48,718 nucleotides of DNA, from the NCBI GenBank assembly GCA_040900285.1, contig JBBDZG010000002.1, positions 1 to 48,718 on the forward strand, written 5' to 3'. Under the pieces are notes generated by a model that made no database searches, was not told the DNA's origin, and was given only the letters and a program-made list of their open reading frames with translations. The stretch's first letter is position 1. Every line of letters starts with the position of its first letter. The stretch is from Patescibacteria group bacterium (lineage in GTDB: Bacteria; Patescibacteriota; SICC01). Both the position numbers and the translations under genes were made by a program. This document shows, piece by piece, positions 40,678-48,718 of the stretch.

Positions 40678-41319
40678 GTGAACACCGAATCGAAAATCCT
40701 GATCGCCATCGCCGCCGTGGTCACCGTCGTGGCGAGCGTGCTCCTGGTCGTGGGCGGCGGCTCGGACAAGCAGGGGGACAAGACGGTCGATCCCGAGAGA
40801 CTGGTCCGGGCCGATTCGATCCAGACCAACCCCGATGCGAAGGTAACGCTGGTGGAATTCGGCGACCTGCAATGCCCGGCGTGCGCCGCCGCGCAACCGG
40901 TCGTCCAGCAAGTGAGGAAGCAGTTCGGGAGCAAGGTCAACTTCGTCTGGCGGCACTTCCCGCTGGGAATCCACCCGAACGCCCGCCCCGCGGCCAACGC
41001 TTCCGAAGCGGCCCGCGCGGAAGGAAAGTTCTTCGAGTTCTCGGACAAGTTGTTCGCGACCCAGGGCGCGTGGGGCGAGGCCTCGAGCGCCAACGCGATC
41101 CAACTGTTCGTCCAGTACGGTACCGGCCTGGGAGTCAGCGGCCCGGCGATTGAAAAGGCGGTCAAGGACAACCAGTACAAGTCGAGGATCGACAAGGACG
41201 TGACGGACGGCGAGGCGCTCGGCGTGAACTCGACGCCGACCTTCTTCCTGGACGGCAAGAAGGTCGAAACGACCGAACTGCTCGCAGCGGTCAAGGACGC
41301 GGTCGATCGGAAGAAGTAG
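40678..41319 (+). CDS. bdbD: DsbA-family thiol:disulfide oxidoreductase (BdbD-like), membrane anchored
   Basis: It has an N-terminal TM helix, a thioredoxin fold with the active site FGDLQCPACAA, and the C-terminal motif GVNSTPTFFLDG (cis-Pro loop). Confidence 0.85.
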   Translation: MNTESKILIAIAAVVTVVASVLLVVGGGSDKQGDKTVDPERLVRADSIQTNPDAKVTLVEFGDLQCPACAAAQPVVQQVRKQFGSKVNFVWRHFPLGIHPNARPAANASEAARAEGKFFEFSDKLFATQGAWGEASSANAIQLFVQYGTGLGVSGPAIEKAVKDNQYKSRIDKDVTDGEALGVNSTPTFFLDGKKVETTELLAAVKDAVDRKK

Positions 41320-42445
41320 CCGACCGTCGTTCGGCCAACCGGGCGGCAAGCCGGTCCGACACTAAATCGGCCATCCCGTTGGTACTGACGATCCGGAACG
41401 CGCCTTCCTGCCCCGCCGGGACCATGTCGGGCGTCCGGTATTGGGTGTGCAGCACGTCACCGATTGCCGCCCTCAGGTCGTCGGCGTCGTTCGGGCGGTT
41501 GAGCGTGTAGCGAAGCATAAGCTCTACCGAGAAATACGTAGCCAGGGGATTGGCCTTCCCCTTACCGGCGATGTCGAACCCCGCGCCGTGGACGGATTCG
41601 GCTATGTCAGGGCCCGTAGGAACTCCTTGCTCATCCCGCTCGGCCAGGCTGATCGAGGGGGCCAAGCCGAGCGAACCGTGGACCCTTCCGGCCGACTCGT
41701 CACTGAGGATGTCGCCCTTGGCGTTCTCGGTCAGGATGACGTCGAACTCCCATGGTCTCGCGGCGATTTGCATCGCGGCGTTGTCGACGAACATGTGGGT
41801 GCACTCCACGTCCGGGAATTGCTTCGCGATCCCTGATACGATCGTCCGCCAGAACTTGGAAATATGCTCGATGTTCGCCTTGTCGACCGAGATGAGGCGA
41901 GCGGGCCGGCCTTTCTCAAGCGCACGTGCTCTGGCGACCTCGAAGCCGATGGTCGCGATACGTTCCACTTCGTGCCGCTTGTAGCTGACGATGTCCACGG
42001 CCTCTTCCTCGGTGATGTACCCATCGCCTCGGTAGATTCCTCCCAGCAATTCGCGTACCAACATCAGGTCAACGTCCGGCCGGTCTTCTGTCGGCGGGAA
42101 ATAGTCTTCCATTGGGCGAAGGCTCGCGACGACCAGTTCGCGGCGCAGCAGCAACAACCCTTGTTCCGCAGTGGGTTCGTCTCCCGAGCCTTCGCGACTC
42201 AGTCGTTCCACCTCTTCCGGCGGCGTTCCGACGGCACCAAGCAGCACCGCGTCGGAAGACTCGCAGGCCGCCAACACCTCGTCGGTAAGCGACTCGCCGT
42301 ACTCAACGATGGAGTCGTACCCGAACGGGTACTTTTCGGCCTCGATGCCAAACTGTCGAAGGATTTGCTCAGTCGCGTCGGTTACCTCCGGTCCGATGCC
42401 GATTCCCGGCAGTACTGCGATGCGATTTGGTGCCCGTTCAGCCAT
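41291..42445 (-). CDS. Isocitrate/3-isopropylmalate dehydrogenase family protein (beta-decarboxylating dehydrogenase; substrate unknown)
   Basis: It carries IAVLPGIGIGPEV, LLGAVG, GDILSDESAG, GSLGLAPS and HGAGFDIAGKGKANPLA. Confidence 0.8.
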   Translation of the reverse strand: MAERAPNRIAVLPGIGIGPEVTDATEQILRQFGIEAEKYPFGYDSIVEYGESLTDEVLAACESSDAVLLGAVGTPPEEVERLSREGSGDEPTAEQGLLLLRRELVVASLRPMEDYFPPTEDRPDVDLMLVRELLGGIYRGDGYITEEEAVDIVSYKRHEVERIATIGFEVARARALEKGRPARLISVDKANIEHISKFWRTIVSGIAKQFPDVECTHMFVDNAAMQIAARPWEFDVILTENAKGDILSDESAGRVHGSLGLAPSISLAERDEQGVPTGPDIAESVHGAGFDIAGKGKANPLATYFSVELMLRYTLNRPNDADDLRAAIGDVLHTQYRTPDMVPAGQEGAFRIVSTNGMADLVSDRLAARLAERRSATSSDRPRP

Positions 42446-42512
42446 GGCAGATAATCATACCGTATCCCGCCGCGCTGGTCGGGCGTATATCGCCCACAGA
42501 TAAACTCCTTCA

Positions 42513-42541
42513 TTGACATGAAAGGCCAGATACGGTAACAT
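42513..42541 (+). promoter_or_regulatory. Promoter candidate (TTGACA-17-TAACAT) about 105 nt upstream of the UDG gene
   Basis: The plus strand reads TTGACAtgaaaggccagatacggTAACAT. Confidence 0.5.
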
Positions 42542-42653
42542 AACCATCACTTAACAGGAACGCTCCCGCTTGATTCCAAGCGCGCCGCGTTCACTCACAG
42601 ACTCGTGACGCGAGGTCCTTCTCCAGGAAGACTTCGACGCCACTGAAGAAAAT

Positions 42654-43334
42654 TTGAAGACACTCGACCAGATTGCGGAAGAAATCCGCGCCCATACGGG
42701 GTGCGGCTTCGAGCCGTGCGAAAATGCCACGCACCAGGTACCGGGCGAGGGCAACCCGCACGCCGACGTCATGTTCATCGGCGAGGGGCCCGGCAAGAAC
42801 GAGGACCTGCAGGGCCGGCCGTTCGTCGGCGCGGCCGGCAAGCTCCTGGACGAGCTGATCGCGTCGATCGGCCTGAAGCGCGACGACGTGTTCATCGCGA
42901 ACGTCCTGAAAGGCCGCCCGCCTGGCAACCGCGACCCCAAGCCGGAGGAGATCGAGCATTCCTGGCCCTGGCTGCGCGACCAGATCGCGAACATCCGGCC
43001 GAAGCTGATCGTGCTGCTCGGGCGCCACGCGATGGACTGGTTCCTGCCGGACCTGAAGATCTCGAAGGATCACGGCCGGGCCAAGCGGTTCCGCGGCCAA
43101 GTCTTCCTGCCGGTCTACCATCCCGCCGCCGCGCTTTACACTGGCTCCCTCAAGGACACGCTGCTCGATGACTTCAAGCAGATTCCGAGTCTGCTGGAGA
43201 AGATCGGCGAGCCGCCGGAGGACCAGCCGCCGATCGAACCGGTCTTCAAACTGCGGGTCCGGAAGACACTGTCCGAAAACGCAAAGGCGGAGTCGGCAAC
43301 GCAAGACACCATTAATCAAGAAAGTTTACTTTGA
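42654..43334 (+). CDS. udg: Uracil-DNA glycosylase, family 4
   Basis: TTG start. It has motif A FIGEGPG, plus GRPFVGAAGKLL, FIANVLKGRPPGNRDP and the C-terminal motif YHPAAALY. Confidence 0.85.
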   Translation: MKTLDQIAEEIRAHTGCGFEPCENATHQVPGEGNPHADVMFIGEGPGKNEDLQGRPFVGAAGKLLDELIASIGLKRDDVFIANVLKGRPPGNRDPKPEEIEHSWPWLRDQIANIRPKLIVLLGRHAMDWFLPDLKISKDHGRAKRFRGQVFLPVYHPAAALYTGSLKDTLLDDFKQIPSLLEKIGEPPEDQPPIEPVFKLRVRKTLSENAKAESATQDTINQESLL

Positions 43335-43335
43335 T

Positions 43336-45255
43336 ATGAACCAGAACCAACCGAATCAATCCAATAAACCGAATCAATCCAATAAGCCTGGACGCTCGGG
43401 AAGACCCGGTCGTCCGAACCAACCCGACCGGCAGAGGCGTCAAAGGCCCGGGAAGCCGGGCGGGCGGCACGACCGAAACCGGCCGGGCGGAGGCGGCAAG
43501 CGTCGCCGCGGCAACGGGCCGCCGCCGAACCGGTCGACCGGACTGGACCTCAGCCGCGCCGAGGCGGACACGAACAAGCCCGCGCCGCCGGGACCGAACC
43601 ACCTGCGGATCATCCCGATGGGCGGCCTCGGCGAGATCGGCATGAACTGCACCGCCCTGGAGTATGGCAACGACATCATCATCATCGACGTGGGCTTCAT
43701 GTTCCCCGACGAGACGATGCTCGGCGTCGACTACGTCATCCCGGACATCTCGTACCTGGAGGCGCGCAAGGACCGGATCCGCGGCGTCTTCATCACCCAT
43801 GGACACCTTGACCATATCGGCGGCGCGCCGTACCTGATCCCCAAGCTCGGGTTCCCGACGGTGTACGCTACCAAGCTGACCGACGGGTTCATCAAGAACC
43901 AGCTTGAGGAGCACAAGCTCGACAAACGGGTAGACGTGACCCGGATCAAATTCGACGACGTGATCAAGGCGGGCGTGTTCAGCGTCGAAGCGTTCCACGT
44001 CAACCACAACATCCCCGAAGGAGTCGGTTTCGCGGTGACCACGCCGGTCGGGGTCATCACTCACTCCGGCGACTTCAAGTTCGACCAGACGCCGATCGCC
44101 GACACGCCGGCCCAGTTCGACAAGATCAAGCGCATCGGCGAGCGGGGCGTGCTGATGTCCTTGAACGACTCGACGAACGTCGAGAAGTCCGGCCACACCG
44201 TGTCCGAAATCGACATCGAGAAGGAGTTGACCGCGCAGATCGACAAAGCGCCCGGCCGCGTGATCATGTCGACGTTCGCCTCGCTGGTGGCACGACTCCA
44301 GGAGTCGATCGACGCAGCCCAGAAGACCAACCGCAAGGTCTGCATTGTCGGGCGTTCGATGCTCAAGAACATCGAGACCTGCCAACGGCTCGGCTACATC
44401 AAGATACCGAAGGACATCCTGGTCGACGTCCGTAAGCTCAAGGGCATCCCGGACCGCGAGTTGCTGGTGATCTGCACCGGTTCCCAGGCCACCGAATACT
44501 CGGCGCTGCTCCGGATGTCTACGGGCGAGCACAAGCAGATCCAGATCAAGCAGGGCGATACCGTGATCCTCTCCAGCTCGCCGGTGCCCGGCAACGAGCG
44601 AGCGGTCGAGGCGATGATGGACGACCTGTTCCGACTCGGTGCCGACGTGTTGTACAACAAGCTGTACGACATCCATACGTCCGGCCATGCCCAGCAGGAG
44701 GAGCTCCGCGAGATGCTCCGGTTGCTGAAGCCCAGGCACCTCATGCCGATCCACGGCGAGTACCGCAAACGCGTGCTGCACGGCCGCTTGGCGAACGGGG
44801 AAGGCATTCCCCCGGCGAACGTGCATATCCTCGACAACGGCCGCGTGCTCGAGGTGCGCGGACCGGACGACGTCCGCCTGACCAAGGAGAAGGTCGGCGG
44901 CGGGCTGGTCCTGATCGACGGGCTCGGTATCGGCGACATCGGCCAGGTGGTGCTGCGCGACCGCAAGCACATGGGCGAGGACGGCATGCTCGTCGCGATC
45001 GTCACAGTGGACCGCCGGAACGGCAAGCTGATCGGCAGTCCGGACATCATCTCCCGAGGGTTCGTCTATCTGAAGGAATCCGGCCAACTGCTCGGCCAGG
45101 TCCGCGACGAGATCAAACGGATGTTCAAGGGCGCCGAGAAACGGCCGAACGACTGGACCGCCCACAAGAACCGGATCCGCGACGACCTCGGCGACTTCCT
45201 CTTCAACAAGACGGAGCGCCGGCCGATGGTGATCCCGGTGATCATCGAGGTCTGA
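43336..45255 (+). CDS. rnj: Ribonuclease J with an ~85-aa basic low-complexity N-terminal extension
   Basis: It has a metallo-beta-lactamase domain with HGHLDHIGG, a beta-CASP domain and an RNase J C-terminal domain. The N-terminus reads MNQNQPNQSNKPNQSNKPGRSGRPGRPNQPDRQRRQRPGKPGGRHDRNRPGGGGKRRRGNGPPPNR. Confidence 0.9.
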   Translation: MNQNQPNQSNKPNQSNKPGRSGRPGRPNQPDRQRRQRPGKPGGRHDRNRPGGGGKRRRGNGPPPNRSTGLDLSRAEADTNKPAPPGPNHLRIIPMGGLGEIGMNCTALEYGNDIIIIDVGFMFPDETMLGVDYVIPDISYLEARKDRIRGVFITHGHLDHIGGAPYLIPKLGFPTVYATKLTDGFIKNQLEEHKLDKRVDVTRIKFDDVIKAGVFSVEAFHVNHNIPEGVGFAVTTPVGVITHSGDFKFDQTPIADTPAQFDKIKRIGERGVLMSLNDSTNVEKSGHTVSEIDIEKELTAQIDKAPGRVIMSTFASLVARLQESIDAAQKTNRKVCIVGRSMLKNIETCQRLGYIKIPKDILVDVRKLKGIPDRELLVICTGSQATEYSALLRMSTGEHKQIQIKQGDTVILSSSPVPGNERAVEAMMDDLFRLGADVLYNKLYDIHTSGHAQQEELREMLRLLKPRHLMPIHGEYRKRVLHGRLANGEGIPPANVHILDNGRVLEVRGPDDVRLTKEKVGGGLVLIDGLGIGDIGQVVLRDRKHMGEDGMLVAIVTVDRRNGKLIGSPDIISRGFVYLKESGQLLGQVRDEIKRMFKGAEKRPNDWTAHKNRIRDDLGDFLFNKTERRPMVIPVIIEV

Positions 45256-45291
45256 GTTGTAAAAACACGCCGGAAGCAGGAAAATAGGCGG

Positions 45292-45315
45292 GACGGGGGT
45301 CTCCCGTCTATTTTT
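45292..45315 (+). terminator. Intrinsic terminator after rnj
   Basis: GACGGG (45292-45297) pairs with CCCGTC (45303-45308) around a 5-nt loop, followed by TATTTTT. A matching A-tract upstream (AAAATA) could make it bidirectional. Confidence 0.6.
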
Positions 45316-45349
45316 GTCCGCAACTTCACAACGAGGAAAGAGAGGGACT

Positions 45350-45844
45350 ATGGCCACCGTCGCCGTTGTCTTGGGAAGTAAGAGCGACAAGGATGCCGTA
45401 AGCGATTCGGGCATGCTGGAGATTCTCCAGGACATTTTGGGAGGTCGGGGAGTCAAGGGCCTCAGCTTCGAGACTTCGATTTGCTCGGCGCACCGCAATC
45501 CGGCCTCGCTCCAGGAGTACGCAGAGAAGGCACTTGAGAACGGCACCAAGGTTTTCGTCGGCGTAGCCGGCATGGCCGCGGCTCTGCCGGGAGCCTTGGC
45601 AGGCTGTACCGGCATGACCGTTCCGGTCATCGCGGTGCCGCTCGATGAGCACGGCATCGACTCCTGCCTGTACATGCCGCCCGGCGTGCCCGTTCTGACG
45701 ACCGGGGTCGGCAAACCGGGGCTCCGCAACGCGGCCATCGCCGCGTGCCAGATCCTGTCGACCGGCGACGGTTACCTGAGTACGTCGTTGGTGAACTACC
45801 TGGCGGACAACGAAAAGAAGCCCGAGTTCGGCGTCAATCTCTAA
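45350..45844 (+). CDS. purE: N5-carboxyaminoimidazole ribonucleotide mutase
   Basis: From the ATG at 45350, after an AGGAAAGAGAGGG SD, it begins VAVVLGSKSDKD. It carries SAHRNP and GVAGMAAALPG. Confidence 0.9.
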   Translation: MATVAVVLGSKSDKDAVSDSGMLEILQDILGGRGVKGLSFETSICSAHRNPASLQEYAEKALENGTKVFVGVAGMAAALPGALAGCTGMTVPVIAVPLDEHGIDSCLYMPPGVPVLTTGVGKPGLRNAAIAACQILSTGDGYLSTSLVNYLADNEKKPEFGVNL

Positions 45845-45880
45845 GAAGGGAAGCAACTTCGATCAGTAAGAAAGGAAATA

Positions 45881-46852
45881 ATGCCAACCCAAGAGGAGAC
45901 CGCGGCGATCGCCGCGGAGCTCGCAAAGCAGCACCCCGGAAAGAAGTTCGAGCATCTGCACTCGGGCAAGGTCCGGGAGATATTCGGTACCGACGGCGGA
46001 CTGGTGATGATAGCCACCGACCGTATCTCCGGGCGCGACGTGGTGATGGGCGAGCGGATTCCAGATAAGGGCGTGGTGTTGAACAGCATCTCGGCCTGGA
46101 TGTTCAGGGAACTCGGGGATGTGGTGGAGCACCACCTCCTGAACTCGAACTTCCTGCCGGTCGGCCCGTTCGCCGGCCGGGCGTCGTTCGTCCGGAAGCT
46201 CACGCCGGTCCCGGCGGAGTGCATCGTCCGCGCCCTGATCACCGGCTCGATGTGGTCGGCGTTCAAGAAGGCCGAAGAGGCCGACGGAATCAAGACGGTC
46301 CTGGGATTCGACTTGCCCGCGGGTCTGCGGGAGTCGGAGATGTTCCCGGAGCCGTTGTTCACGCCGAGCACCAAGGCCGAGGTCGGGCATGACGAGAACC
46401 TGACCGAGGCGGAGACCCGTGCCCTGCTCAATAAGTGGGCCGAAGGCCTGCCGGACAAGCAGAAGCGTTACTGGGCGTTTCGGGACCTGTTCGGCGAGCT
46501 CAAGCGCGTCTCGCTGGAGCTGTTCGGGCGAGGCTCGGAGTACGCTTCCGAACGGGGCATCATCCTGGCCGACACCAAGCTCGAGTTCGGGCTCGACGAG
46601 AGCGGCGAGCTCGTCCTGATGGACGAGGTGCTCACGCCGGACTCGTCACGGTTCGTGTTCGAGGAGGATTACGTCGTCGGGGAGAAGCTGGTCTGCCAGG
46701 ACAAGCAGATCCTGCGGGATTACCTCGACGAAGTCGGGTGGGACCGGAACCCGCCACCGCCCGAACTGCCGGAAGAGCTCATCGGAAAGATCCGGTCGAC
46801 GTACGTCGACATGCATCAGCGGATCACCGGGAACCAATCCCTGGCCGCCTGA
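45881..46852 (+). CDS. purC: Phosphoribosylaminoimidazole-succinocarboxamide (SAICAR) synthase, long form
   Basis: 323 aa with GKVREIF, ATDRISGRD, LADTKLEFG and LTPDSSRF. Confidence 0.9.
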   Translation: MPTQEETAAIAAELAKQHPGKKFEHLHSGKVREIFGTDGGLVMIATDRISGRDVVMGERIPDKGVVLNSISAWMFRELGDVVEHHLLNSNFLPVGPFAGRASFVRKLTPVPAECIVRALITGSMWSAFKKAEEADGIKTVLGFDLPAGLRESEMFPEPLFTPSTKAEVGHDENLTEAETRALLNKWAEGLPDKQKRYWAFRDLFGELKRVSLELFGRGSEYASERGIILADTKLEFGLDESGELVLMDEVLTPDSSRFVFEEDYVVGEKLVCQDKQILRDYLDEVGWDRNPPPPELPEELIGKIRSTYVDMHQRITGNQSLAA

Positions 46853-46882
46853 CCTTTTCCTGACCGGATCAGGTCATCGCGT

Positions 46883-46940
46883 CCGGGCGGAAGTCACCAT
46901 CAATCCAGATGGATTCGACTTCCGCCCGGCGCGCTTTTTT
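46883..46940 (+). terminator. Intrinsic terminator after purC (13-bp perfect stem plus T6), placed between convergent genes
   Basis: CCGGGCGGAAGTC (46883-46895) pairs with GACTTCCGCCCGG (46917-46929). A TTTTTT run follows at 46935-46940. Confidence 0.7.
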
Positions 46941-46963
46941 ATGTCCGAACTTTCGCGGTCGCG

Positions 46964-48718
46964 TCACTCCACCACCGGCTCGCACGGTCCGTCGTCCGAA
47001 TCGCAGACCACTTCCCGCCAGCCGCTCGCGGAAAAGCTGCCGCCCGGGCCGCCCGAGAAGTTGATGTCGTTCAGGCCGGAGACGTAGGTCACCACAGCGT
47101 TGTTATCCAGCACCAGCCGGTCCGCGGCCAGGGCGTTCGCGCCCGCGTTGTTGTGGAGCCGGATGGTGCCGCTCGGCGCCGCCAGGATGATGTTGGTCGC
47201 GTTGTTCGAGACGTCGATCGCCTCGGCCGAGGTGCTCGTGGTCCCAAGCAGCAGGAAGCTGCCCACGGCGCCGCTGCCGGCGAAAAGCGCGTTGTTCGAG
47301 ATGGTGATGGTCCCGTCGCCGACGATCACGCCGCTGTCCTCGCCGTAGCCCGGGTCGAGCCGGATGATCGCGTTGTTCGAGAACCGCATCGTCCCGGTCA
47401 CGTACAGAGTGCCTGTCAGCTTCAGCGTGGCGTTGTTCTCGACCGTCAGGTTGCCGTCGATCTTGATCGGGCCCCACGTCTCGGTCTCGCCGAGCTCGAC
47501 CGTCACGTCGCCGACGTGCGTCCCGCCAGACGCGGCCTGGTTCTTGAAGTCGATGATGTTCGCGTCGGTGATTGGCAGGTCCCGTTGCGGCGGGTCTTCG
47601 CTGTCGGGAAAACTGCTCCCGGCGATCGTGGAGCCGTCGTTGGTCTGGAAGTACGCGTCCCCGAGGACCGTGAGGTCGACGATCGTGTTGGCGTGGACGT
47701 CGCCGCCGATGTCGAGGTTCTCGGCGCGGGTCGGCGGACTGCCCATGAACGCCTGGAACGCGAAGTCTGCGCCGGCATCCGCCCAGTCGTGGTTGCCGTT
47801 CGACCGCCAGCGGTCGGAGGTCATACCCTTCCCGTCGGGATAGCTCGAGTCGGCGTCGGCTCCCCAGGCCCAATAGTTCGTGGCGGAGGGCGACGCGTCG
47901 ATGACGATCCAGTATGTCTGGCCGTCCGTCAGGGTCGGGGGAGCCGTCAGGCTGACGTCGATGAACTGCAGCGTGGCGCCGACCGACGACGCGACCAGAG
48001 TGCTGCCAGCGACCTGGTTCCCCGAAGGCTCGCCGGCAGCGTCGGTGACGATCCGCACCGTGGCGTTCGGCGGATTGCCGAACTTCCGCACCTTGAGCGA
48101 GACCTTGATTAGCTTGTCGCTCTGGGACGTGTCGGCGACGAACGACTGGGCGGCGTCGATGACGTCCGGGTTCGCCGAGTTCCCGAACTGGAACGCCGTC
48201 GGGTCGGCCGGGTCGTGCTGGGGCGTCGCCTCAGGGGCCGCCGTCCCGGCCACCCAGACGTCCCCGGTCACGGCGGCTCCGTTCTGGCCTAGGTGGTTCC
48301 CGTTGGAGTAGGTGCTGCCGACGATCTCGGCGTTGTTCCCCATGATGATGCCCCCCGCTCCCGCCTGCAGGGCATACACGAAGTCCGCTTCGACCGACGG
48401 CTGCGGGCAGTTGTCGACCTGGATCCGCCGAACCAACGTCTCGTGGTACCCGGACGCCGTGACCTGGCGCGTATTCTGGCATGACTCCGTGTCAATCGTC
48501 TCCACCGTGTACTCGGTACGGTTCTTGCCGTCGAACGTCACCCCCGCAGTCGTGTTGTTCGTGCCGTATCCCGGATTGCGCTTGACCTGCAGCAGCCCGT
48601 CCTCCACGCCGCTCTCGGCGTTCACGATGCTTTGGGTCGAATCCAGACGTTCCTGGCTCTGTCGCAGTGACAGGACGGAGGTGGCCACCATCGCGCTGCC
48701 GATCACGACGACGATCGT
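46964..48718 (-). CDS. PilX-N-type minor (pseudo)pilin fused to a large beta-helix / lectin-like adhesin domain; 5' end beyond the window
   Basis: The reading frame is open to the window edge. The first visible residues, TIVVVIGSAMVATSVLSLRQSQERLDSTQSIVNAESGVEDGL, match the pilin helix and PilX_N pattern. The C-terminal ~200 aa has repeated xNNAxI/L beta-helix rungs (ENNATLKL, SNNAIIRL, SNNALFAG, SNNATNIIL, HNNAGANAL, DNNAVVTY). A terminal Cys pair occurs in VVCDSDDGPCEPVVE. Confidence 0.7.
   Translation of the reverse strand, partial: TIVVVIGSAMVATSVLSLRQSQERLDSTQSIVNAESGVEDGLLQVKRNPGYGTNNTTAGVTFDGKNRTEYTVETIDTESCQNTRQVTASGYHETLVRRIQVDNCPQPSVEADFVYALQAGAGGIIMGNNAEIVGSTYSNGNHLGQNGAAVTGDVWVAGTAAPEATPQHDPADPTAFQFGNSANPDVIDAAQSFVADTSQSDKLIKVSLKVRKFGNPPNATVRIVTDAAGEPSGNQVAGSTLVASSVGATLQFIDVSLTAPPTLTDGQTYWIVIDASPSATNYWAWGADADSSYPDGKGMTSDRWRSNGNHDWADAGADFAFQAFMGSPPTRAENLDIGGDVHANTIVDLTVLGDAYFQTNDGSTIAGSSFPDSEDPPQRDLPITDANIIDFKNQAASGGTHVGDVTVELGETETWGPIKIDGNLTVENNATLKLTGTLYVTGTMRFSNNAIIRLDPGYGEDSGVIVGDGTITISNNALFAGSGAVGSFLLLGTTSTSAEAIDVSNNATNIILAAPSGTIRLHNNAGANALAADRLVLDNNAVVTYVSGLNDINFSGGPGGSFSASGWREVVCDSDDGPCEPVVE

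Noticed and set aside
43312-45738. 808-aa ORF on the minus strand spanning rnj and part of purE
   Set aside because: This is a shadow ORF typical of high-GC DNA. Its translation is Arg/Ala/Gly/Pro/Val-rich with no motifs. The opposite strand carries unambiguous RNase J and PurE motifs.
1-48718. A search by eye for CRISPR arrays, IS elements, integrases, prophage genes, rRNA, retron/DGR components, toxin-antitoxin pairs and signs of an alternative genetic code
   Set aside because: I saw no regularly spaced direct repeats. No transposase, integrase or reverse-transcriptase motif appears in any frame of the ORF track. All recognisable genes are intact under the standard bacterial code.

Overview
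This is a dense, high-GC bacterial chromosomal segment with about 45 protein genes and 3 tRNA genes. I saw no rRNA, CRISPR array, transposase, integrase or prophage genes. Standard code 11 gives intact ORFs throughout.

Content is mostly housekeeping:
- Translation and RNA metabolism: valS, tsaD, rpsT, nrnA, truB, rpsO, pnp, rnj, tRNA-Arg and two tRNA-Ser.
- DNA replication and repair: polA, holA, mutM, nfo, a family-4 UDG and a PHP phosphoesterase.
- Nucleotide synthesis: carAB, purE, purC.
- Cell envelope: SpoIID, a FemAB-family transferase, a VanX-like dipeptidase, a MurE-like ligase, a GT-C-like membrane protein and BdbC/BdbD.
- Type IV pilus parts: a PilB ATPase and a 5'-truncated giant PilX-like minor pilin.

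Short genes, tRNAs without encoded CCA, TSP3-repeat and PilX-type surface proteins and AT-rich promoter islands fit a reduced-genome monoderm-like lineage (Patescibacteria-, Chloroflexota- or Actinomycetota-like). Taxonomy cannot be settled from this window.

I found no recognisable defence or mobile system. The most unusual observations are:
1. A roughly 200-bp duplication carries a fossil valS 3' tail. The basic signal-anchor shared by two adjacent surface-protein genes is encoded in an alternate frame of the valS C-terminus, with a 92-nt same-strand overlap at the live copy.
2. Many genes have a leaderless-mRNA architecture: a TAnnnT hexamer 6-9 nt before ATG or GTG.
3. A near-identical strong promoter cassette recurs at least five times.
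4. An orphan protein carries a DnaA domain-IV-like HTH next to polA.
5. An islet between the two tRNA-Ser genes has ambiguous, possibly frameshifted coding.
6. Basic disordered tails decorate several RNA-processing proteins.

All family assignments come from motifs read by eye and need HMM or BLAST confirmation.
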